Origin: Leidyana gryllorum EB-2025a
Lineage: Eukaryota; Protista; Apicomplexa
Direction of reading: 5' to 3'
NCBI GenBank assembly: GCA_048772705.1
Contig: JBLWGC010000102.1
Location: 1-64,000, forward strand
DNA: 64,000 bases
The notes below the pieces were generated by a model that was not told where the DNA came from, did no database searches, and worked only from the letters and a program-made list of their open reading frames with translations. Both the position numbers and the translations under genes were made by a program. Shown one piece after another: positions 1 to 10,103 of this stretch (position 1 is the first letter of the stretch; the number at the start of each line of letters is the position of its first letter).

Positions 1-289
1 ATTGATCGTCAAATTCCTGTTCGGACGCGGGGTCGAAGGTCTGCTTGACCCTCAGTTGCTGGAACATCCGCGCAACCATGTCTGCGTCTCGTCTTCCTAG
101 TGCAGGGCGACCCCTGTCATCTTCGTCTATGGACTCGTAACCACTGTCCTCACTGTCAGAGGGCCCCGGACCCCACGGATCCCAGGTGGGTACACTTACT
201 CGCTGTTTCCCGGCAGATGCACCACTTTGAGTGGTTCTGGGAGTGCGAGGGCTTAAATGATACGTTTCTGGGTTATTAGCGTCGAGCAT
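1..289 (-). CDS. 5' part of a hypothetical protein (runs off the window start)
   Basis: The frame is open from ATG 289 to base 1 (MLDANNPETYHLSPRTPRT...DSEDSGYESIDEDD...EQEFDDQ). It lies head-to-head with the gene at 405. Confidence 0.6.
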   Translation of the reverse strand, partial: MLDANNPETYHLSPRTPRTTQSGASAGKQRVSVPTWDPWGPGPSDSEDSGYESIDEDDRGRPALGRRDADMVARMFQQLRVKQTFDPASEQEFDDQ

Positions 290-404
290 CGTGGTCTAGC
301 TTCTGTCTTTTGCAAAACAATAAACTACCGCTACGGGTGTTACGTCTCTAGGGAGACGTTGTGTCTCTAGGAAGTTGTTACTTTCCTTTCACCTCTCAGA
401 CAGC

Positions 405-1260
405 ATGCTGCCTTATCTGCACATTGTACCGAAAGATGGGGAATACGACACTCTGTGTAGGTGGGGAGAAGATGGCTTTTGACTGATTCACGGTTCAGTT
501 GTCTTCCTGCACGGACTGGGCCAACAAGTCTCACTCTGGAAGCTAATGTTCGAATCGTGTTTCGAGAGCTCTTCACTTCCCAGGTGCAAAATCATCCTTC
601 CTCAAGCACCGTATATGAAGCCGAGCTACGTGAGTGTGTCAGGAGACGGCGGTGTTGAAAGTGACTCTGCAGTTCAAGATGCCCGAGGATGAACCAGCAT
701 GTCAACGATGGGCTTCCACTTTGCACTCAGAGATGCCTTGTTGGTACGATTTTTATGGGCCAGCGGGGATGGAGGACGAGAAGATTGATTGGAAAGGTAT
801 TGAGGAGTGTGGATCTAAGATCAACGAGATCATTGACAACGAGATCGAGAAGAACAGTGCAGTCCGCGGGCGCATTATTCTGGGGGGCTTTAGTCAAGGA
901 GGATCTCTCGTTCACTACCTGTTGGGAAGGTGTGACGTCGATCGACGTCACACTCCACCACTGTGTGCAGTGATCGCAAGTTCCTTCACACTTCCAGGTG
1001 TCAAAGGCGTGAGGGAGTGCCCAACTCTCATTGTGCAATACAAAGGTGGGTAGAGAGGCCAGCAGAATTAGAGTGAGCTCTCTCTGTTATCGTCAGATGA
1101 TCCAATGTTGCCACCAATTATACGGGAGAAAAATAGGAAAGCATTTCCTCACGCTCGAGTGATTGAGTGTGACGGGCATCGGCACGACTTGCCGCTGTGT
1201 GTGTGGCGAGACATTGTGATAAACGATTTCATCCGCCCAATCATAGATTCGCAACGCTGA
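405..1260 (+). CDS. acyl-protein thioesterase / phospholipase-carboxylesterase (abhydrolase_2), 4 exons
   Basis: The spliced product reads MLPYLHIVPKDGEYDTLFVFLHGLG...KIILPQAP...PCWYDF...IILGGFSQGG...DDPML...GHRH. This gives the GFSQG nucleophile motif and candidate Asp and His of the triad. Three short GT-AG introns. Confidence 0.85.
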
Positions 1261-1868
1261 AGAAGGGTGGCATTTCGGTAGGATTGGTCGAGGATTGTTC
1301 TGAATTGTGAGACGGAGAATAAGAAGAGACATCATCATTCTAACTTTCTCTCTCATAGTATATTCGACTTTCAGCAGTCTCAGCAAACTTGATGATGATG
1401 ATGAGACACTTGCATATATATATATAGTAATAGTACTGCTAGCAAGCTTCCCACCGTGACCGAAGAGAAAGATGAACAATCATTGAGCCACGGGCGCGCT
1501 CGGTACAGGAAGCAATTCAAAACTCAAACAATATATGCCAGTAGCTCACTCAGGTACTCAACGCGCCCGAGGAACACTCTCTCTCTCCCTCCATCCGTCC
1601 ATTCATACATCAGTACTGAAATCCGGTCTGCTCACTTTCTCGCGACAAAAGTGGAGCAGCTGCTCGCCATCAAATTCAAAGAGACAAAAGGTAAACAGCA
1701 CCATTCAATGTGCGCAGACGTTGTTGTGTTCAACTACCCCCAGAATATCTGAGAACCGCTGTTGAGAGACTTTAGCCCCACCGTCTCTATTGATACAATA
1801 ATACCTTGTGCCCCAGAGCGCGCTCGTATAGAAAAAGCTGAAACCAACTCACTCGGCGGTAAGTCCTT

Positions 1869-2568
1869 TCACAGCCTCAAGGATCGCATCATAACAACTG
1901 CCACCATACTGGCGAAAAGGATCTTCCGTTGATCCTCAATAACATCGAGATCATACCCCCAGCCTTGGCGGCGCGGTATCCGTTTGCAATCCAAAACAAC
2001 ATCACCCCCCTGATCCACCAGCCGGAAATTATACCGGAAGGCGTCGCCTTGAAGTTCCCAATCCATCAATTTGAGGCGGAACTGATCGACTGAAGACTTG
2101 GTGTAGCAGCATTTACGAGCACTCTTTTGAAACTGCGTCAAACTACCAACGCAGCTGTCAGCAGCGTAAAACTCGAAAGAGTCGTCGTCCTTTTCTATTC
2201 GTCCCACCCGACGCAGGTCAGACCCAAGTGCCAGAATGGTCCAATCCCCACCACTCGTTCGGTAGCGCACGAACATGTACAAAACTTCACCACACCTTAA
2301 ATCCCGCAGTATCCAGTCGGCTTCAGGATACGCTCTGGTAGAACACGATGCGTCATTCGGCTCCAATCTGGCTTGCAGCATTTTGGGGCAAGTATCAATC
2401 TTTGATAAGTGGGGCTTCGATAAAGAAAAATTCCTATCATCAAGACCTATTATTCTAAGTAGCACCAGTGTTTGAATCGCCTGACAAGGGAAGTCGCGTT
2501 GCGATTAGAACAAAAAGCTCTATCGGTACATAATATATACCTTCCCCCTCCCAGCTTGAGAAGCGCAT
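1869..2568 (-). CDS. LURP-one/tubby C-terminal (scramblase-like) domain protein, 2 exons
   Basis: ORF 1869..2465 plus a short exon from ATG 2568. The pattern 'WELQGDAFRYNFRLVDQGGDVVL...YDLDV...LFASMVAVV' is typical of the LOR/Tub_2 fold. Confidence 0.6.
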
Positions 2569-2775
2569 GAGATCGATCTGTGTAGTTAGTGAGTGAGTGG
2601 GCGAGTGAAGATCTTCCTGTATCTCTTTCTCCCTCCAGGCCCGATTTGCCTGGGAGCCGACTTTGGAGGACGTCTGGAGTATATTCTTGTAGCTGTACTC
2701 TTTCTCAGCCGTGAGAGACCCAAATCGATGTTTCGTCGACGTTTACCTGTGCTAGATACCTAAAATATGACAAAG

Positions 2776-3612
2776 TCAATCAGCGATGAGCACAGCCGCG
2801 GTCGCCCACAGCTCACCCCAACGTTGCAGCGCAAGTCTACTCCAAGTGAATAACAAGAGGGCCAAATGGAATGATGGTTTGTGGTAGGAGCGCACTTTGA
2901 ATGTCTCTCTTAGACCTACATTGCACCTGTCTGTTCTCAACAGTAGATATCCTTCGATATCTCTGACTTCATACATCCAATGGAATGGATCACATACGAT
3001 TGTCCATCCTTTGACATTGATTTGCACGGGGTATGGTTTCTGCCGCCCTGGTGTTTGCATCGCGGTTCCAACTTGTTCTTCGCCAATGAAGAAAGTGTAG
3101 TTGTTGGGAGCTTTCCAAGTACGGGCGGTGACTTGTCCGATTTGTTGGCCACCTTTGCTCATCATGATCACTTTTTGCGGTCGGCGCTTTATCACATACA
3201 TCTCTGTACCCTTCTGAGTGATCAGAGCGCCTCCTCTGAACCGGAAACGGAGGTCGTACTCCTCCTCAGGGACCGACGGATTTCCCACAACGGGTTGGTT
3301 TGAAGCGGTCGAAGGCAGCATAGGAATCTTCAACCCGTTCAATTGAGGCTGCGGTGTCACCAAATACGCGACCAGAGGAACAGGATACCCGGGCAGGGTG
3401 TCCGCCCATCCAGCGCTCTGCAAATACAAAGGGCCGTTCTCACTCATGTACACCACAGGAGGGAAGCTCAGCGGGCATTCTGGCGGCGGAACGCCATGAT
3501 CTATTGGGTAGGCCGCGGCGGCATTCGGGGGAGGAGCCGGTGGGGTGGTGGTCACGTGAACGATAGTTGTCGGAGTGGGAGGAGGTGATTGCAGTTCAGA
3601 GTAGTCTGCCAT
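2776..3612 (-). CDS. proline-rich LURP-one/scramblase-like protein
   Basis: 278 aa ORF with a Pro-rich N-terminus, then 'GWTIVCDPFHWMYEVRDIEGYLL...FKVR...LALLLF', which parallels the downstream gene. Confidence 0.55.
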   Translation of the reverse strand: MADYSELQSPPPTPTTIVHVTTTPPAPPPNAAAAYPIDHGVPPPECPLSFPPVVYMSENGPLYLQSAGWADTLPGYPVPLVAYLVTPQPQLNGLKIPMLPSTASNQPVVGNPSVPEEEYDLRFRFRGGALITQKGTEMYVIKRRPQKVIMMSKGGQQIGQVTARTWKAPNNYTFFIGEEQVGTAMQTPGRQKPYPVQINVKGWTIVCDPFHWMYEVRDIEGYLLLRTDRCNVGLRETFKVRSYHKPSFHLALLLFTWSRLALQRWGELWATAAVLIAD

Positions 3613-3997
3613 TCTATTGACTGATCAACAAAAAAAGGCTTTTTTTTTCGCCCCGAATTTTTCAAGTGAGGAGGGGCAGAGCGAAGGGCTCGATTGAAGA
3701 GCACTTCAGATCTTCACCGTCGGGGAGGACAAAGACTCGAATTAATGGGCTGGACGGATCTCCACGTCTTGTCATTGATATCTATTGTCGTTGGGGGGGT
3801 CGCGCACTACACAGCGACTCGCACACTGAAAAGGAGGCTCAGGTCACACCTGTAAGCGGATTAAATCCTGGTGTGTTCCATCGAGAGCCGAGATAGTCAC
3901 ACTGTGGAAGTCAGACTGGGGGGAAGATCGTTCCTGAGTCTCTCCTCAATGTCTTCGTCCAATTGCCATTACGTCGGGTGGAGTGGTTTATGGTTAC

Positions 3998-4843
3998 TTA
4001 ACGTTTGCTGTGGTGTTTCTGCTTGTAGGTTTTGACAGGGGCGGTTTTCTTGGACTTGTGTTTTGACCCGGAGCCAACTTCACTGACTGAGGCGGAAGGA
4101 GTGTTGTCCTCCTGAGCTGCCGGTGTATCCTCCAGATCGCGCCAGTCGCGGAAAACCCTTTGACGGATGAATTTAAGTGTGGCCAGACTCCTCTTGATGT
4201 CGATCTGATATGAAGGCGCACGTTTTCCAATGGGAGGGGGGTTACTTTGATCACTTACCATTGCACGATGGAGATGAGAGTCTTCGGGTGTTTCAGCTAT
4301 ACACTCTTCCCACTTCATCTGTTTCAGTATTCTGTCGACGTTTGACGTCTCCTCTCGCATCACAGTCGGCAGCCAGGACCACGCTAAGGTACTTATGGTA
4401 CTCACGTCCACTATACGGTAGTGAAGATGTTCCACGAGGCGCGGCATCTCCTTCTTGAGGAACTGGAGGTCCACATGGACTGAACTACCAGCGAGATATC
4501 CATTGCTTTGTTCCGGGACGTATCCCTTGACATATTTAAGAATCTCGTCTTCAGCTTGCTGTATGGTGGTGGTGGATTTCTGCATCTCCTCGTATAAGCC
4601 ATTGAGAGCGAATGTGGTCTGACACCATGGCGATAGGTCCTCGGGGGCTGTTTTGATAATGATGTTTGGTCCCTGTTCGATACGGTGCAGGCGCAAGTCC
4701 GAAATGACGACGGCGATTTCAACAATGGTGTCTTTCTTGGGGTCCAGTCCCGTTAACTCCAAATCGATCCACACTAATGCGTTTCTGGGGAACCGCTGAT
4801 AAACTATCTGATGCGTAACAGCACCGTCATCGGACGACCCCAT
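3998..4843 (-). CDS. orn: oligoribonuclease (Orn/REXO2, DEDDh exonuclease)
   Basis: Motifs LVWIDLELTGLD, LAGSSVHVD and LHYRIVDVST. HRAM|IDIKRS is restored by removing an in-frame 54-nt intron (4205-4258). Confidence 0.93.
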   Translation of the reverse strand: MGSSDDGAVTHQIVYQRFPRNALVWIDLELTGLDPKKDTIVEIAVVISDLRLHRIEQGPNIIIKTAPEDLSPWCQTTFALNGLYEEMQKSTTTIQQAEDEILKYVKGYVPEQSNGYLAGSSVHVDLQFLKKEMPRLVEHLHYRIVDVSTISTLAWSWLPTVMREETSNVDRILKQMKWEECIAETPEDSHLHRAMVSDQSNPPPIGKRAPSYQIDIKRSLATLKFIRQRVFRDWRDLEDTPAAQEDNTPSASVSEVGSGSKHKSKKTAPVKTYKQKHHSKR

Positions 4844-4863
4844 AGTATTAGCCTAAAAAAAAC

Positions 4864-5840
4864 CTAAGGTAGTGGCGGAGGAGGTGTCTGCATTATCAAC
4901 CACGGGGAACTCCCAGGTCGCAATTGATAGGTGTTGGAATCTGGCGAGGTCGTGGTGATGGGGTCTATGACTGTGTAGCTTCCCCGCAATGTCAATGACC
5001 GCTCGCCCCGCTGCACACGCTTCCAGAAACTCCAAACATAGTACTGTATCCAACTGGTAAACATCACCAGAATGGCGCAGTACAGAAGAGAGAAGAAGAC
5101 GATGAAAGCCCTGTTAGACAGATAGACACACACGATTGTGAACCTTACACTGCTGCTTCTACAACGCCGTCTGGTAGATCTTGGGCAAACTCAGGGCGAG
5201 CCTGTTTCAACAGAGAATCTTCCTCCCCCGTTCTTGTTCCTACCGAGGGGATGATGGTCGCCGCCACTATTGACAGAATGAGGGCCGGCAGTAGCTGCAG
5301 TACTCCCCAACCCAACCATCCCCAAATAATCTTCCAAGCCATCACAGCTGGTTCCACTGTCACAGTTGCCGCAGCTGAGTGCCACCCACGTATAGAAAGA
5401 CAATCGACCGATCTCACCTCGCCAGGCGTACGTGCCGGCGGCCAATGCGAATACAACACTGGGAATCCCCAGAACGAAATGTACTACGGAGAACGACTTG
5501 CGGTTCTCATGATGCACCAGCCAGGGTTCGAAAGCCCCATTCAGCACACTGAGGCCTTGTAAAATCCCCATCGCCTAGCGAGCTATTGTACACATGGGCA
5601 CACGCGTTGAGCACTCACTAGGCAGCTGGCGCCGATAACATATAAGCCGAACTGAAGAGGGCAGCACCATAAGAACCGTTTTGCTGGTCTTAGAACTATG
5701 CATCCTGCGTGTGAACACTTTATCAGCAGTAACTGTACCAAATTACCGATGAACTTCTCGGAGTAGTCGTTGGGTGGGTTCACAGTTGCATTGGGAGTTT
5801 CAGATGGATTAGGTTGAAGAGGGATAACAAGAGAAGCCAT
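4864..5840 (-). CDS. multi-pass (about 4 TM) membrane protein, multi-exon
   Basis: Exons lie in ORFs 5583..5840, 5191..5571, 5145..5459 and 4864..5133, joined by GT-AG introns. 'FLWCCPLQFG' is followed by hydrophobic helices. Confidence 0.65.
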
Positions 5841-5883
5841 GTGATTTTATGACTCCATTCCTCAATGCACCTGCATGTGACCT

Positions 5884-7839
5884 ATGCAGAGGTCGGCCAA
5901 CCCTCGTCGTCCCCATTCTCCTCGCGGTGGCTCCTCCCAACAGAGGGCCCCGGATCCTAGTCTACGGGCGAGACGGGCTCTGCCCTCACGCTCGGCCAGC
6001 CGCGAGGTCAACCGCTCCCAGGCCCCACGTGGACAACGACAAGGACCCTTAGAACGCCGACTGTCCTCAAGCGCTGGCCAACAGTCTCCATCACCCCGGC
6101 GGATACCGTCTCCCCGAGGACAGCCGCCCGCCACCCTGCACCCCCAAAGATCCAAAGAGACCACCACACGCAACAAGACTACGACACAGCAGAAGGCTAA
6201 TGTTGCTCGAAAGGCCTCAGATCGCTCGACTGCCGGAAGTACGGCCCCCGCGAAGAAACCTTCCGGATCAGACCGACATCGACTCACTTCGAGCAAAGCA
6301 CCCGCTCCGCCCGCCAAGGTTGGGCACAAAGATGTACCAAAGAAACCCGCACCCCCGCCACATCTGTCCAAGTCTTTGGGTACCAAAAAGTCGCTCAAGG
6401 CTCTCCCTCCAACGACTGAGGCGCCAAAAGCTCCAAAGAGACTCACTATTCCTCCACGACGGGAGTCGAGGAAAGACGCCCGCTCGCTCTCCAAGCCGCC
6501 CGCGCCCGGGATGTCGCCCAAAGTACCAACTCCGCCGTCCCACAGAATACAAAAGATGGCGAAAGACGGGCCGGGGCTCGGCGCGGGCACTGAGGACAGA
6601 CGACAAAAGCTGAGTGAAATCCTCTTTGTCATGGGGGAAGACGACATTGCGAAAGTGATCGAAAGATTAGAGCTGCAACGGGATGGAAAAGCGGGAGTTG
6701 GGCCAAAACCCCCCGCGTACGCCGCGATGGACACTGCTTCAGTGGTATCCAGTGAGGTTCCTGAAACGGACACTGGAAGTATGGGAGAGTTGCGTCAAAA
6801 AGTGGCCGTATCTCAACAGCTGCGTGGCCTCTCTGCCTGGCCAGGCGTCGGGACTGTAACGCTTCCGAATCGTCTCAAGATGGCTCCGCCCGGTGTCTAC
6901 TTTGACGAGAATCTCGTCAGGACGAGTCCCTGTTACCCGTTGGAAATCGACAAAGCGTTGATGAAAGTGGGCCCCTTCGCCGTGGGCGAGGCTAAAGCTT
7001 GTCTGGATGACCTTCAAGCCACACTGCTCAACTTTTACAACAAAGTGTACAGTATCGAGCCCGACCTCCCGGTGGAGTGGCAACTGGAACAGCTCAAAAG
7101 ACACTTCTATCCCTCTCCGGCGCCGATAAGTCCACCAGCCGGGAACTTTGTCGGACAGGGGGAGGATCTGAGCAAACTGGCGGGAGCCCTCCCGCCCCCG
7201 TTCCCGAATCAGTTGAACGGGTCCAAAAAGGCTCCCAACAATTACAGCAAAGTATCGCCGAATCAAGCAATGCTCCCACCGGTCCTTCCAGCCGCCGCCA
7301 TTGATGCCGCCAACCGGCCCCCCAAGCGCATAATGTTGGAGGTGAAAGAGGGAGACGACGGGGAGCCCGGTGCACCGAATACACCACACTTTGCAGCCGA
7401 TCCCAATGAGGATAAGAAGAAAGCTGTTGGGGTTCCGGGTAGTGGAACAGCCCAACAGCTTCGGGATGCCGATCGACGAGATCCCGGCCAAGTGGTTCAG
7501 AGTGTTGAAGATGCAATCAAAGATCTTCAGGAACTGGCAGACACCAATGCCAAACAGGTTTTGAAACTGCACAGAGAGTTACGAAAAGAGTTGGGGGACG
7601 CGTCGTCCACGAACTGGTGGAGAGATAAAGTACCACACGGGCTTAAGAGACCAAAGTACTATTCCGAATCGTACAGATTAGGACACCTGAACGAGCTCGA
7701 AGAGCACGTTGAGACATTGTATCGCAACCTCAATGTTCAGGCACAATGGAACGAGTCAAAAATCCGCCTGCTGAGAGACAAACTAACATTGCTCCAAAAC
7801 GATCAAAGATCTGTGGACGATCCTCGGTCAGCGTTGTGA
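5884..7839 (+). CDS. hypothetical protein, basic/Pro-rich N-terminus and coiled-coil C-terminus
   Basis: 651 aa ATG-initiated ORF. Its 3' end overlaps the convergent Aat-like gene by 12 nt. Confidence 0.75.
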   Translation: MQRSANPRRPHSPRGGSSQQRAPDPSLRARRALPSRSASREVNRSQAPRGQRQGPLERRLSSSAGQQSPSPRRIPSPRGQPPATLHPQRSKETTTRNKTTTQQKANVARKASDRSTAGSTAPAKKPSGSDRHRLTSSKAPAPPAKVGHKDVPKKPAPPPHLSKSLGTKKSLKALPPTTEAPKAPKRLTIPPRRESRKDARSLSKPPAPGMSPKVPTPPSHRIQKMAKDGPGLGAGTEDRRQKLSEILFVMGEDDIAKVIERLELQRDGKAGVGPKPPAYAAMDTASVVSSEVPETDTGSMGELRQKVAVSQQLRGLSAWPGVGTVTLPNRLKMAPPGVYFDENLVRTSPCYPLEIDKALMKVGPFAVGEAKACLDDLQATLLNFYNKVYSIEPDLPVEWQLEQLKRHFYPSPAPISPPAGNFVGQGEDLSKLAGALPPPFPNQLNGSKKAPNNYSKVSPNQAMLPPVLPAAAIDAANRPPKRIMLEVKEGDDGEPGAPNTPHFAADPNEDKKKAVGVPGSGTAQQLRDADRRDPGQVVQSVEDAIKDLQELADTNAKQVLKLHRELRKELGDASSTNWWRDKVPHGLKRPKYYSESYRLGHLNELEEHVETLYRNLNVQAQWNESKIRLLRDKLTLLQNDQRSVDDPRSAL

Positions 7840-9118
7840 GGAGGATCTCTGCAGCAGGCCAAAGGCACTGACACTGTCGTTCAAGCTGAATTGAGGCCGA
7901 GGAGAGGAGGCCAATTTGGAAAATGTATCTACAAAGACGTGACGAGGAACCTTTGACCCTCCACGCTCCAATTTGTACGGCAGCGCCATACCGAGATCCC
8001 AGATGCCAAAACCCTCTTCTCTGAGGAAATTCTCCAAACATTCCATCTGTACATTCCCGGATTGATTGACATTGTGGTACCCCGTCAGCGACGTATATAC
8101 TTTTCCGCATACCACTGTTGAGGAGAATCAAAGAGTTCCAAGGAGAAATTTCTCACCTCCTATCTCGCCGGCTATGAGTTCATCTGAAGCCGAGTCGTAC
8201 ACTTCCACGCTGTGAATGGTGGCCGGCCCACTCTGCCGTTGATGCCACATCTCCCACATCACAGCCAAGGGACCATAGACCCACGTGGAGTCACTGTGGT
8301 AATTCTGCACCCCTTGGAGAACGTCGCGGAAGGCGTGATCAATTCTGAAAGACATCTTTTTGGACGCTTTCAACACTGATCGTCTCAGAGATTTCCGTGG
8401 TTTGCTCAAATCCTGTATGCAGCGAGTAGAATGCAGCTTATATTCCAGACCAATCCAGGAAACTGTACTCGAAGATCGTTGAGAGGAAAGGTTAGATCGC
8501 CAGAGGCAGACTTGACTTACCTGTGTGAGCAGCCAAACGAAACACGCTCCTCGGGGCGCTCATAATCAAGTAGCCCAGAGAGTGAGCGGTAATGAAGTGA
8601 TTGAGATCATAATCAACCGAATGTATAAACTCGGGTAGATATTTAGTGAATCCGTCGTCTTCGTCGTCAGATTCCTCGCCCTCGTCCTCGTCGCTCTCAG
8701 TGTCGCCCCCAGTCGGGGTGGTGGGTGACATAACATTTGCGTCTTCGACAGAGTCAGCTGGCTGGATGGGGATGATTACTTTGCTGTTTTCATCTCCCTT
8801 CCAGTTCGCGAGACTCTCCCCGGCCATATCCTCACGTAAGCTGACGAGATCAGTGTGTCTGGTTATGCCTTGCGGGGCGTGTTTGAGAAGCAGCATCAAA
8901 GCAACTCTCTGTGCCGTGTCATTGATGTTATCCAGAACCCAAATGTTGGCCTTCTCCAAAGTATTGCTCAGGCTGTCCTCCAAGGGGAGCTGGGGAGGGG
9001 TGAAAACGCATTCTACAGTGGTGGCAGTGGGAAATTTGGCTTCAAGATGGCTGGCCAGGGCACTAATATCTAGACGGTAGCGTTTGGCGTCGGGAGACGG
9101 TGGGTCAGGAGAGCTCAT
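7828..9118 (-). CDS. leucyl/phenylalanyl-tRNA-protein transferase family (Aat-like; apicomplexan ATEL1 arginyltransferase type), 3 exons
   Basis: Motifs HSVEVY...ELIAGEIG, GKVYTSLTGY and GFGIWDLGM.LPYK across ORFs 8492..9157, 8128..8409 and 7828..8115. ATG 9118 is chosen because ATG 9157 lies inside the frataxin CDS. Confidence 0.85.
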
Positions 9119-9137
9119 GACTGACTCTCTGGCTGTC

Positions 9138-9886
9138 TTATTGTTTGAAATCAACATCCCTCCCCAGCATACTCTCCAAGTCAGACTTGAGTTTTTCTAA
9201 TATATGTTGGTTTGACCTCAGTGATACCCATCCGTTTTTATATGGAAAGTAGTCACCTCCACTGCGAAAGGCAAATTGGAGTACAAAGGTGCGAGCTGCC
9301 TACCTGACTGGACTCGAGTACCACAACTGCTTGTTAATGTAGTGCTTGTTGATCACAATCGTAGGGGTGAGACTCCTGTTACCCGTCAGACCTTTGCTCA
9401 TCTCAATGATGACGACCCTACTGGAATAATCATAGCACAATAGTGGGGGTGGTGGGAGAAGTAATACGGGGAGAAGCATTGACATTGAGCAGCATTCGAG
9501 CATTGAACATTGAGGTCGCTCACCCGTCCTGCAGATCCACGTTCTCAATTTCTGGCGCAGAGGTCGATCGGAGCCCTTCGCATATTTCATATATCGACTG
9601 TTTGAGGGTAACAGATATCGGAAGTCGACAGCTTCGTTCTCACATTCAGCAAATTATCAGCGGAGTGATTATAGGTCAGGTCAGTCTTAGCTTTTCTGCC
9701 ATCGGCATCCAGTTCAGCTTCGGCCTGTCGAGCTGTTTTGGACTGTTCCGAAGAAACCTGCTGTACTCTGGGGCAGGCGGTAGTCAAAGGACGGAGTCGT
9801 GGCCCCAGCAGTAATCCTTGATTGGTAGATACCATCCTCCCGACCACGGAAGGCTTCGCATGTTGTGACAAGGTCCTGGTCAGCAT
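9138..9886 (-). CDS. FXN: frataxin (mitochondrial Fe-S assembly), multi-exon
   Basis: The spliced product reads YNHSADNLLNSIYE...NVDLQDG...TIVINKHYINKQLWYSSPVSGGDYF...GWVSLRS...LEKLKSDL. This matches the frataxin INKQ..QIW.SSP.SG motif. The N-terminus is basic and presequence-like. Confidence 0.85.
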
Positions 9887-10103
9887 TTTGAATTTTCAAA
9901 AACTTGGATGAAGAATGAGGAGTTACAGGATTGACAATGACTACGACCGGTCTAACAGGAAACAGATGGCGTTCTGGGGCCTATTAGGATCCGTTCTGTG
10001 TTGTAGTGCTGTGAGCACACTTTTGTTCAGTGCGACGAGTGGTGGGCATACTAACTCAACTGGTGGGTGGGCCCTTTTGGGCTTCGCCAACTAATCCCAA
10101 AAC

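Noticed and set aside
1540-1660. Minus-strand resemblance to the U3 snoRNA 3' end (GA-rich tract then CTGAGTG)
   Set aside because: No U3 box A/A' 5' domain and no proper C box were found.
3644-3663. E2F-like motif (TTTTCGCCCCGAA) upstream of a start codon, with similar GC-core motifs near 22889 and 43086
   Set aside because: These are imperfect short matches that cannot be distinguished from chance without genome-wide statistics.
9119-9157. ATG 9157 as the start of the Aat-like gene
   Set aside because: It lies inside the last frataxin exon in another frame, so ATG 9118 is more plausible.
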